This document shows, in pieces, positions 26,253 through 35,425 of a stretch of 64,000 nucleotides of DNA. The stretch spans positions 67,458,001 through 67,522,000 of the forward strand of contig CM059438.1 in the NCBI GenBank assembly GCA_030390025.1. Reading direction: 5' to 3'. The stretch comes from Squalus acanthias. Its lineage: Eukaryota. Both the position numbers and the translations under genes were made by a program. The notes beneath the pieces were generated by a model. The model saw only the letters and a list, made by a program, of their open reading frames with translations. It did not search any database and was not told the origin of the DNA. How positions within the stretch are numbered: position 1 is the stretch's first letter; every line of letters begins with the position of its first letter.

Positions 26253-27864
26253 TGTAAGGGATACTCTCCTGACCCTGCGTGTCTCGTAGCCTGTGAGATT
26301 CACGCGGCTCTGTGCAGCCTGTATGTCAGTGCGGGTCTAGGCCTGGTCTCCGGCCAGTCTGGGAACACTAGACACCCCTGTGAGTGGTTCGAATCACTCT
26401 CCCTTACGGTTCTAGACACTGGACTTAGATGCGAGAGCAGCAATGGAGATAAAACTCATGTAGACTTGGTTTGAACGGTACGAAATGGAAAATCTTTATT
26501 GCATGATACTTAAAATTATGAAATACATGTCATATGCACAGATTAATGACAGTACAATCTTACAAACAGTTATAATCACTCTTAGGGAAACGAGGAACGA
26601 CCAGCACAACGTAAATAGGGCACACATTACAAATATCCTTAACTTTAAAACCCTCCCCTATCAATAACTATCCTAAAACTAGCTTCGTAGGATCCCGAGA
26701 CTCATGCTCACCACTCGTAATAACTCGGAGAAAATCCCGAATAGCTGATCGGATGTTTTTCACCGCAGCACCCACGTGTTGGTCAGGAGATCTCCTGGTC
26801 CCACTTGTTTACTGCTTCTGCTGCTCGGTCAGTCGGCTGGACCGTCCGCTGTAGTGAAGACCTCTGTTGGTGGACTTTACAGTTCAGTCGAGGAGCACCG
26901 TTGTCAATATCATTGATACGATGTGTTTGCACAGTCCAGTTATCGTCGATGCAATATGTTTTGTTAGAAGAAAACTTCGTTGTCAAGAAGACTTGGCTGA
27001 TCGACCTACAGGCGCGGTCGGGATTTACTGACCGTGGCGATGGATAAGGTCTTCTTCTCTTCTCCTCTCATCTCATCTCATCTCATCTCATCCCGGGCCT
27101 TCGGTTCCGCTGCCAGCTACCAACATAGGTCTTTGCAACAGTCTTTCACCCAGGAGCAGCCACGAGGATAACAGCAGCAAGCGGCAAGAGTCACGAACAC
27201 GAGGCAGGAGCAAGAATCAAGAGTCAAGAGCCAAGAATCAAGAGACAGAATGGACGGTTTGGGCCTGCAATTATAGTGCACAGTTCTTCCGTTTCCCGCC
27301 CAACTATAATGTCCATTCTTTTGTTTAAGGTTTGGCGCCCAAAAAGTCCTGTATGGGTGATCTCTGTCTTTAATGGGTTTCGGGGCTACTCCTGAATGTT
27401 TGAGTACCTGCTAATATTTCTCCCATTGTTAAATCGGTCGGTGTTCCCCCTGGAGGGGTTTGGGGCTTCCAAATGTCCTGCATAACTACCTGCTAACGGC
27501 TCTCTCATCGTAGAGCCGTTGGGAGTTTACATATTAATGTCCTTTGGATGGGCCCTTGATGGCTTTCCTTTGTACCTGGGAGACCGATTCCAGTATCGAT
27601 GTTTATACTGTAAACCCATAATGTCCTGTGTAATGTCTTCACTGTGCTGAATCGTTATCGATCTTGCAAGAATGTTTATTGGAACGCCATCTTGTCTGCC
27701 TGCCGAAAAGTCTCGAACGTTCTGTCACGCGGTGCGGCGGCCATTTTACAGGCTGCTTGTGTCCAATTTAAACCTGACAGCATTCCGCTGAAATAAAAGC
27801 TGTTTTGAATGAAACTTGTGTTTTCTCCTTAAAAAATGAAATCGCGATAATTGCGAATTCTACA
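26253..27864 (-). repeat. 3' LTR (1612 bp)
   Basis: Direct repeat of 37242-38853; preceded on the minus strand by a purine tract; followed by the target-site copy. Confidence 0.97.
26495..26500 (-). terminator. Candidate polyadenylation signal in the 3' LTR
   Basis: AATAAA on the minus strand about 240 nt before the LTR end, followed by CA and U-rich sequence. Other AATAAA hexamers exist upstream (e.g. 27675-27680). Confidence 0.5.
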
Positions 27865-27865
27865 G

Positions 27866-27876
27866 TCCCTCCTGTT
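27866..27876 (-). promoter_or_regulatory. Polypurine tract (short)
   Basis: Minus strand AACAGGAGGGA-C immediately before the TGTAG start of the 3' LTR. Confidence 0.7.
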
Positions 27877-28288
27877 GATGCGAATAACTCCGCTTATCGT
27901 ATCAAAAACTCAGTGGTGAGCAATCTTATCTCGATTTCACTCCGAATCCAGTAAATTAATCCCATAAAATTTTAACTTCACTAGGGTCTCTGTGTCGTCC
28001 TTATTTCCCAAGAAAATCACACTTTATATCACCATAGGCATCATTTGCCCTTAAACTTACACCACTTGTCTTCCTTCCCGGCGTAACCAGGCCGATACCT
28101 CACGCATCACCTGTATATTTATCTTTTATTCAGGGAAAGGAAAAACAAAACCCAAAAAACCAAACAATCAACACCATCACCAAAATAAACAAATCCCGAC
28201 TCTTAAACATGTCGAGTTTCCAACGTATTTACACTGAGTACAAACTTCCGCGGCGCACGTGGCGAGCGGGAGTGACGCCATTTTCCTA

Positions 28289-30640
28289 TTACACTGCGCT
28301 CTCATCGTGCACGCGCACGTAACGTTCTCGCCACTCTCCCGTGTTCTCATGCTTGGTGAGGCGCTTGTCTCTTTTACAATGTATAAACAAAAGGTATACT
28401 ACAATAAACACTTGACAGACGACTAAAATGTGGGAGGCTATTCTGACCCATGAGGGCACTTCAATATTCGTGAACAGATTCCACCACGGTGGAACCACTA
28501 TGTCCAAAATGTCTGTACCTATCTCGACGGTTTTCTGTTCTAAAGTATAGAAATGCTTTTGTGACACCGCGACGGCTTTCAGAAGTTTGGTTAAATGCTC
28601 GGGGAGAGGGGGAATGAGGTACCCAAAATGTGCGACAAATCGCTGCAAGTCGGTAAAATTCTCTTTTACTGTGAGGTGAACAGTGGATGGTTCAGGGATT
28701 GGGATAATTCGCTGTTGTGCTACTTGAACTTCAGCCCTGGGTTTAAAACAGAAACTGCTGTCACTCACCGGACACCGGCTACGGTTTCCATGCTGGTAGT
28801 GTTGCGCTGCAGTGGTAACACAATATGTTCCACCCCCGATGTATGCTACCTGCGGAGGCACATGATCTTGTGCCATTGCCTCCATGGTGCAATTCATGGA
28901 CTTGGCGCCAGCCGTTCTGAACCCGCACTGTGGTGTTAAAAAGGCGTTCAAGTGCTGGGGGCACAGTATTATGTGTGCTCCCCTGCCACGACAACCAGAG
29001 AGATCTGTACCTGTCATCGTTTGCTCCCAGCGGATGACGTAAGGTGGAACCGCTGCATACCGAATGTGGGCTCCCCCCTGAATGACACCAATGTTCTCTA
29101 CCCGATACACCGGGGCGGGCTTTGCTGTGTTGCCCAAAACCGGCATGCGTAATACTATTCCCATAATAGTATGGTTTGAACGTCCGCAGTCCACGGGGAC
29201 TGGGTAAGCTTCTGAAGCTAGCCTGAGCTGGCACGGACTTAATGCATTCTGAAAAGGGTGGAGCGCCCGCAGGTGTTTGTTACTTATCCAGGACGGGACC
29301 AAACCTTGTTTTAAATCCTCCAAATTACTGCGGCCCTCGCCCAGTAACCACGCCCCGTAAAGCACGCACACCTCGTTCTGCGCAGCTTGATCGGATGCAT
29401 TCCGATCTTCCCTAATCAGGGCATTTACCGTACGCGCATGTTTCTCCAGCTCTGCTATAATCTCTTTTAAGTGTAGTGTCATGGCTTGGTCCTCGTGCAG
29501 ACCCGACCCTACCACTTTATTCTCATCTGTGAGAATATCCTTTAACTGTGTTTTTAAACCATTAATCTGGGTCTGCAGCTCCACACTGTCTAGAGCGTTG
29601 ACCACAGATGTCCCTGTGTTAAAAGCAGTGAACGCATCGTTCACCAAACCCCTTCTTTGCCTCCCAACTTGATCCAAAACTTCCTGCGGTGCGGTGTATA
29701 AACTTGTCTTATCAATTTCCGCGAAATCGAACTCGTAAAACTGCCTGAACATCTTGGTCAACAGGACCTGGTACAACTGTTCCGTCTTTTTGGGGCACCA
29801 CTCTGGTAACCGTACCTCAGTGAGATTTAAAATCACCGAGGCCACCGCGTAATGCACTCCCTGAAATAGTATCTGGTCTGTGGGGACCAGTACCAAACCG
29901 TTCCCGGGTCCCTTACTAGTTTTAGGGCACCCTTCTTCCTCAGTTAGAACTACCGGAATCGTGGGCGGGGCTTTGCGTGGGCGCGTAATGAGCTCAGTGG
30001 CATTTACTGGGATCGGGGAGAATGGGGCTCCGCACCCCCTGGTGCTCGCATCCCACCTCATCCCCTGTCCGTTATCCTGCCACTGGTTAATAAAGAATAT
30101 GGAGATGCCTTTGGGGCAAACGTACTTTGACCCCCACATACAAACATAAATCCCCTCATCTGGTTCCCACCATTTGTCCCAACAGACTTTCACTTGTCCA
30201 TCTGTCCCCGTAATTGTCCGATGGGTATTATTACCCAGTCGCTCCCACTCAACCGAAGAGTTCCTCATAGTTTTGCTCAGCTTTCGCAGCCACCACCATC
30301 GGCTCAATGGGACATTCCCACTGCAGGTCAAACAAATCCGTTTGCCGACGGTGACGCTGATCCTGGGTGCGATGATCCGTACTTTGGGGCACATTAAAGA
30401 AGTCTCTTTGTAGGCGAACCCCGATGTGCTGGAATACTCCGTTGAGTTCGTTCCCAGCCATCCTGGCCACCTTCCCTTGTGGAAATAGGTGCTGGTCCCT
30501 TCTGCCTTCCGTCTCCCGGTCCCATCCACCGCGATGGGGGCCGTGTCCCCGGAACATCCAAACACCACGACATCCTTGGTGTGGCCTCGATAGGCCAATC
30601 CACATCCGATTGCCACGAGCAAAACTAGAAGTCGTTCCAT
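28289..30640 (-). CDS. env: Envelope / class I fusion glycoprotein, 783 aa, F-protein-like organisation
   Basis: Signal peptide MERLLVLLVAIGCGLA; N-glycosylation sequons; furin site RQRR/GLV at residue 330 (29651-29662); fusion peptide and heptad repeat; Cys-rich region; second heptad; Trp-rich membrane-proximal segment; TM ILVVCQVFIVVYLLFI; short tail. Confidence 0.92.
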   Translation of the reverse strand: MERLLVLLVAIGCGLAYRGHTKDVVVFGCSGDTAPIAVDGTGRRKAEGTSTYFHKGRWPGWLGTNSTEYSSTSGFAYKETSLMCPKVRIIAPRISVTVGKRICLTCSGNVPLSRWWWLRKLSKTMRNSSVEWERLGNNTHRTITGTDGQVKVCWDKWWEPDEGIYVCMWGSKYVCPKGISIFFINQWQDNGQGMRWDASTRGCGAPFSPIPVNATELITRPRKAPPTIPVVLTEEEGCPKTSKGPGNGLVLVPTDQILFQGVHYAVASVILNLTEVRLPEWCPKKTEQLYQVLLTKMFRQFYEFDFAEIDKTSLYTAPQEVLDQVGRQRRGLVNDAFTAFNTGTSVVNALDSVELQTQINGLKTQLKDILTDENKVVGSGLHEDQAMTLHLKEIIAELEKHARTVNALIREDRNASDQAAQNEVCVLYGAWLLGEGRSNLEDLKQGLVPSWISNKHLRALHPFQNALSPCQLRLASEAYPVPVDCGRSNHTIMGIVLRMPVLGNTAKPAPVYRVENIGVIQGGAHIRYAAVPPYVIRWEQTMTGTDLSGCRGRGAHIILCPQHLNAFLTPQCGFRTAGAKSMNCTMEAMAQDHVPPQVAYIGGGTYCVTTAAQHYQHGNRSRCPVSDSSFCFKPRAEVQVAQQRIIPIPEPSTVHLTVKENFTDLQRFVAHFGYLIPPLPEHLTKLLKAVAVSQKHFYTLEQKTVEIGTDILDIVVPPWWNLFTNIEVPSWVRIASHILVVCQVFIVVYLLFIHCKRDKRLTKHENTGEWRERYVRVHDESAV

Positions 30641-30659
30641 CCTTCCTTGGTTCCTGTGA

Positions 30660-30800
30660 TCAGATAGAATGAGGTAGCCAGCCTCGCAAAAAGTCTCTGG
30701 CTTTTGTGAAGGGTGAGCGGGTCCCCTGACCTCGCCTCACGTAAACTTCAACTTTTGCTGAACAGACTTCCTCTAAACCTAGCCTTAAAACTCCCATCAT
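30660..30800 (-). CDS. Putative 46-aa small ORF between pol and env
   Basis: MMGVLRLGLEEVCSAKVEVYVRRGQGTRSPFTKARDFLRGWLPHSI*, starting 10 nt after a TTTTTAACAG acceptor-like site (G at 30811); no homology recognised. Confidence 0.3.
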   Translation of the reverse strand: MMGVLRLGLEEVCSAKVEVYVRRGQGTRSPFTKARDFLRGWLPHSI

Positions 30801-30922
30801 TTGTCGTTATCTGTTAAAAACACTACAAACTTAAACTTATTAAAACTACTTAAAACTTTAAACTAAACTTAAAACCTTAAACTAATAACTTTACAATGCC
30901 GCCCGTTCTCAGGGCGGCCCCT

Positions 30923-33900
30923 TTAAATCCTGAGAAGGCTGCTGCGAGCTCTTCCCGACGGTGGGAGGGCACTGACCCTTCCCTCTGATCTGCCGCAGCC
31001 TGTTGCTGCGCTGACCCTTTCCTCTGATCTGCCGCAGCCTGTTACTGCTTCGATGTGGCCTGTCTCTACCCGGGTTATCTTAATCTGAAACTTACGCCCT
31101 GGGGCATCCTGTGGACCTGACCACGTCTTCCTGGGCTGGGGTGCTCTGCTTGACCTACGGGGAACTGCTATGGGCGGGGGCTCCGTGACGGACGGACCGG
31201 GTCCCGAGACCTTCAACGGGATGACCTGGGGTTCCATCACAGGCGCCAGCCCCGCCTCCGCTGACTCCGCCTCCCTAACCTCGGGGCTGGCAGTTCGGGG
31301 CCCCGCCCTGCTCGGCCCAGCAGGCGGCCCTTCACTCGCGAACTCTGCCTCCCCTGAGGACTGGACGTTTAAAGCGGGCGGCCACACCTCTGGGAACCAC
31401 ATAGCGGCTGGCCCGGCCTCCTCTAGCTCCTTCCTCCTCCTGTCGGGACCTGCAGCTTGTGTGTCCACCCCGTATGGCTCTCTACCTATCGGCCCCAATC
31501 CTTCCAGACCGTTCCTGTGAAACCACCCGTCATCATCACTATGCTCATCTGCACTATCCTCATCTGACCAGGGTACCCTGGGGTCCTCGTCATCTAACCC
31601 CCAACTCCAGAAAAACGCTGCATGATCGTCCGGGATGTCCCTTCCCCTGATGCAAGCTGCTACGCCTGCCTGTGTGCCTTGTGGTCCTACCTGGGGCTGT
31701 GTTTTCCCGTTGGCGGGATTTACCCCTGTAGTTTTCCCTTGCGCACCCGGCTGGTACAGTTTACATTGGTTTATGTGGAACCACTTAGTGCGCCGAGGTA
31801 CTTTTACGGCGTAAACCATGGGACTTGCCTTGTCTACAATGTTGTAGGGTCCCATATACAGTGGTTCCAGACTCCCTACTCTGGCGTAGTTTCTGACCAT
31901 GACCTGGTCTCCTACTTCCCACTCCCGCGTTTTGCGGGGTTCCAGCAACAAGCGATTGCCCTGGTGCTGCCTTCCCATGTTCCCAGCCGCCTGCTCATAA
32001 ACTTGCTTCAGGCGCTCCAAGAGAGTTTGGGCGAACTTGTCCCTGCTGATCTCTTGAAGCTGACCCTCAGTGAGCACCGGGGCTAGCACATGGGTGGGGG
32101 TTCGCATGAGCCTGCCGGTCATTACCTCGTGCGGGGAGTACCCCGTACTTTTTGACTGACTGGCCCGGACCCCCATGAGGACTAAAGGCAGAACTTCCGC
32201 CCATTTTTGGGGCGAGTTCCTAGTCTCTTTCCTCAATTTCTCCTTCAGGGTCCGGTTCATACGTTCAACAATCCCGGATGACTGGGGATTGTGTGCTACG
32301 TGCCACTTCCCTTCAATGCCCAAAAGCATGAGGGTGTTCTGCATCACCTGGCCGGTGAAATGACTCCCTTGGTCTGACTCCACGAAACGGGGGAGTCCCC
32401 ACCGCGAGAACACTTCCCGGACCAAGATTTTTGCTGTACCCAGTGCCGTAGCTGTTCGACAAGGGAAGGCTTCCACCCACTTGGAAAACACATCCACCAG
32501 GACGAGGCAGTACTTATAACCTCCCTGGGTGGTGGGCAGGGGTCCTATATAGTCGATCTGTATCGACTGCCATGGTCCCTCTACCCTTCTTACGTGTCCC
32601 ATGGGCACCTTCCTTTTCTGGGGGTCTGGGTTATTTGCAGCGCACACAAGACAGCTTGCACAGAACTCGCGGACTTGTTCCCTGAGCCCTGGCCACCATC
32701 CCGCTTGCTCTACCCGTTGCCAGGTAACCTCGGGCCCGGGGTGCCCTGCCCCTGGTCCCTCGTGAGCCAACTGGAGGAATTCCCTCCTGTGCTGCTGCGG
32801 CACAACCCACTGCTCCTCGCGGAACAGCATGCCTTCCTTAACTGAGAGGGTTGCCGTACTGTACGGACCTTCTACCTGCCTCCCCTCAGCAATCGTTTTT
32901 AGGACTGCTTTTAGGGCGGGATCCTGGGCTTGGACGGTCTTAAGGTCTAGGGGCAATGCTACCCTGGTGTTCCCGGTATTCCCGTCCCCACCTCGGACCG
33001 CTGCTATGGGTCCGGTTCTATAGGGGTTCCAGAAAGTACCGTCGCGGGCACCCTCCCTGGCTAGCGCATCCGCCTGCCGGTTGCCCTCCCCACGGGGCTC
33101 TGTGGAGGAGTGAGCTTTCACCTTATGGATGAAAATCTCCCCTTCCTCCCCTACTGCTGCTGCTAAGATCTTTTCCAGCAAGGGCTTTACCGTTAAAGGT
33201 CGCCCGTCCGCGGAGGTGTATCCACGGCGGGACCAAATGGCCAGGTATTCCGTACACGAATTGCAGGTGAACATACTGTCCGAGCAAATCGTGTATGGGG
33301 TTGGGAAAATGTCTGGGTGGGTTACCACGTACACCACGGCAGACAGCTCAGCCTGCTGCGCGCTCATGGTGCTAGGGAGCTTGATCGCCAGGGCAAGGTC
33401 TGCCGCAGGGTCATAAACTCCACACCCTGTGAGTCGCTCGCCAGCAGATACTGTGCTAGACCCATCAACATAAATCTCGCGCCCAGTGGGATGTATCCCG
33501 GCCCGTAAACCTATGTTGACTTCCCACACCCCCTCCACCGAACACCGGTGGGCTGTACCGGGGTATACCAAATTGGCCGCAAGCCTGGGCTCGCAAAGAC
33601 CTTTTACTCTGATGTCCAACTGGGAGAGAAGAAGGGTCCAACGCGCAATGCGTGCGCTGCTTACGGTCCCGTCTTTAATCCTCCCATCCAGAAGCATCTT
33701 AGTTGGTGTGTGATGTGTGAGGAGAGTGATGGGAGAGAGCCCTGTGAAGATCGCTGATCTTTTCACAGCCCAATGCGTGGCTAAAAGGTGCCTTTCGCAA
33801 TTGGAAAAACTTCTCTCCACATCCGTTAATACCCTGGATGAATAGACAACCGGCCTCAGCTTGCCGTGACGCTCTTGGAGCAGCACGGCGCTTAAGCTGT

Positions 33901-35425
33901 CTCCGCTGGCAGCTACCTCCAGGAAAAACTCCTTCCCCCCATCTATGGCCCCTAAGGCTGGCGCGGTCTGCAGATCCCTTTTTAACTTCTCGAAGGCTGC
34001 TTGGCAGCCCTCGTCCCAAAGCCACTCTACTCCCTTGTGGAGGAGTCGGAGGAGCGGCGCCGCTGTGGCCGCATAATCCTCGATAAAATCCCTGCAGTAA
34101 CCGGTCAGTCCCAAGAAGGACCTCACACCCCTTACGTTGTTGGGAATCGGTAATTCTTGCACCGACTCCCTCCTTGCTTTGTCTATGGCTCTTTCCCCAG
34201 CGCGTAGGGTCAGCCCCAGGAATTTTACTTCCTGCTGACCGATACGTGCTTTCTTTGGGTTTACTTTAAAACCCTTTCTCGCTAACAGCTCCAATAACTC
34301 GTCCAGCAGTGGTCCGTGCTCCTCCCTTGAGTCCGTAAATAGGAGCAAATCATCCACATACTGTACTATCTGATTGGGCTGACTAAACTCCTTTAAACTC
34401 CCTGCCATACACTGGTGAAAAATACTGGGGCTATTGTGGAAACCTTGTGGCAAGCAGTTCCACGTGTACTGTTGCCCTTTAAACGTAAAGGCAAACTTGT
34501 ACTGGTCCTCTCGCCGCAGCGGGATGGACCAAAAACCGTTCGAGATATCCAGCACCGTGAACGTGGTCGCGGACGCTGGGATGCTCCCTATTAGGTCAGC
34601 AACTGCTGCTACTGTGGGCGCGCAGGCGGGGATGTTACTGTTGAGGACTCTGTAGTCCACCGTGGCTCTCCACGAATTATCCGGCTTCCTAACCGGCCAT
34701 AATGGGGAGTTCACGTGTGTGGCTATCGGCCTCAACACGCCCTGCTGCACCAAGGAAGACATTGCTGCCTCCATATCGGGTTCTGCTTCTTTGGGGAAGT
34801 TATACTGCTTTTGGGGTCGGGTCATGGGGTCCCCATCTACGCTGACCTCAAACCCGACCACCCTCCCACAATCGTGCTTGTGGGTTGCAAACGCGTGCAT
34901 ATTATCTGTCACGTACGTCTGCATGTCCGTTGGGACATCTGCGACCATAAGCCTGAGGTCGTAGCCTCCGGATGGCTGTACGGTACACAGGACCCCTGTT
35001 TCTTCCTCCCCTTGAATTACCATTACTTCGCCCTTTTCCCCTTTAGCCCCCCAGAGACAGTGATTTCTGAGGTCCACGAGGATCCCGTGTCCCGCTAGCA
35101 GATCGGACCCGAGAATACCTCTTCCACCCCCCTTTTGCCATGCCATTAGTATACACTTCCACTTAAGGCGAAGTGTTCCTAAACGAATGGATAGCGGGAG
35201 GGAAAACGTGCCAGCCTGTTCTTTCCCCGTGAACCCTGCTAGCGTGAATGGGACCTTGGTAGATAGCGGCGAGTCAAAAGGGTCATCTGTATGGATTATG
35301 GTGCAAGAAGCTCCCGTGTCCAACAAATAACTGCCCTTTTGTTTCTCTACCTCCATCTCCACCACAGGTCGCCTCCACGCATCATAGCTGAGCGGACACA
35401 GGTAGACGGGCTGTGCTGGTTCTAG
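30923..35425 (-). CDS. pol: Pol (protease-RT-tether-RNase H-integrase plus C-terminal extension), in frame with gag; probable 2104-aa Gag-Pol by readthrough
   Basis: LLDTGAS and ILGSDLL (aspartic protease); LPQGF and YVDD (34349-34360); RNase H YVDGS/AQQAEL/SDS/KAH/GNRQAD; integrase H-H-C-C, IDYIG, SDQGSHF, GIVERMN, GPY. Frame is open from the codon right after the gag TGA. Confidence 0.96.
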   Translation of the reverse strand, partial: LEPAQPVYLCPLSYDAWRRPVVEMEVEKQKGSYLLDTGASCTIIHTDDPFDSPLSTKVPFTLAGFTGKEQAGTFSLPLSIRLGTLRLKWKCILMAWQKGGGRGILGSDLLAGHGILVDLRNHCLWGAKGEKGEVMVIQGEEETGVLCTVQPSGGYDLRLMVADVPTDMQTYVTDNMHAFATHKHDCGRVVGFEVSVDGDPMTRPQKQYNFPKEAEPDMEAAMSSLVQQGVLRPIATHVNSPLWPVRKPDNSWRATVDYRVLNSNIPACAPTVAAVADLIGSIPASATTFTVLDISNGFWSIPLRREDQYKFAFTFKGQQYTWNCLPQGFHNSPSIFHQCMAGSLKEFSQPNQIVQYVDDLLLFTDSREEHGPLLDELLELLARKGFKVNPKKARIGQQEVKFLGLTLRAGERAIDKARRESVQELPIPNNVRGVRSFLGLTGYCRDFIEDYAATAAPLLRLLHKGVEWLWDEGCQAAFEKLKRDLQTAPALGAIDGGKEFFLEVAASGDSLSAVLLQERHGKLRPVVYSSRVLTDVERSFSNCERHLLATHWAVKRSAIFTGLSPITLLTHHTPTKMLLDGRIKDGTVSSARIARWTLLLSQLDIRVKGLCEPRLAANLVYPGTAHRCSVEGVWEVNIGLRAGIHPTGREIYVDGSSTVSAGERLTGCGVYDPAADLALAIKLPSTMSAQQAELSAVVYVVTHPDIFPTPYTICSDSMFTCNSCTEYLAIWSRRGYTSADGRPLTVKPLLEKILAAAVGEEGEIFIHKVKAHSSTEPRGEGNRQADALAREGARDGTFWNPYRTGPIAAVRGGDGNTGNTRVALPLDLKTVQAQDPALKAVLKTIAEGRQVEGPYSTATLSVKEGMLFREEQWVVPQQHRREFLQLAHEGPGAGHPGPEVTWQRVEQAGWWPGLREQVREFCASCLVCAANNPDPQKRKVPMGHVRRVEGPWQSIQIDYIGPLPTTQGGYKYCLVLVDVFSKWVEAFPCRTATALGTAKILVREVFSRWGLPRFVESDQGSHFTGQVMQNTLMLLGIEGKWHVAHNPQSSGIVERMNRTLKEKLRKETRNSPQKWAEVLPLVLMGVRASQSKSTGYSPHEVMTGRLMRTPTHVLAPVLTEGQLQEISRDKFAQTLLERLKQVYEQAAGNMGRQHQGNRLLLEPRKTREWEVGDQVMVRNYARVGSLEPLYMGPYNIVDKASPMVYAVKVPRRTKWFHINQCKLYQPGAQGKTTGVNPANGKTQPQVGPQGTQAGVAACIRGRDIPDDHAAFFWSWGLDDEDPRVPWSDEDSADEHSDDDGWFHRNGLEGLGPIGREPYGVDTQAAGPDRRRKELEEAGPAAMWFPEVWPPALNVQSSGEAEFASEGPPAGPSRAGPRTASPEVREAESAEAGLAPVMEPQVIPLKVSGPGPSVTEPPPIAVPRRSSRAPQPRKTWSGPQDAPGRKFQIKITRVETGHIEAVTGCGRSEERVSAATGCGRSEGRVSALPPSGRARSSLLRI

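Noticed and set aside
26485..27047. Short ORFs in the LTR (60, 67 and 80 aa), duplicated at 37474-38036
   Set aside because: Two are antisense to the provirus; the sense one starts at TTG with an upstream in-frame stop; no motifs. Duplication only reflects the LTRs.
30249..30605. 118-aa ATG ORF overlapping the env 5' end in another frame
   Set aside because: The env ATG has a strong Kozak context, no motif was recognised, and such ORFs are expected in GC-rich coding DNA. Not excluded, but unsupported.
31170..35098. Many plus-strand ORFs antisense to pol
   Set aside because: Shadow ORFs of a GC-rich coding region; short and without recognisable domains.
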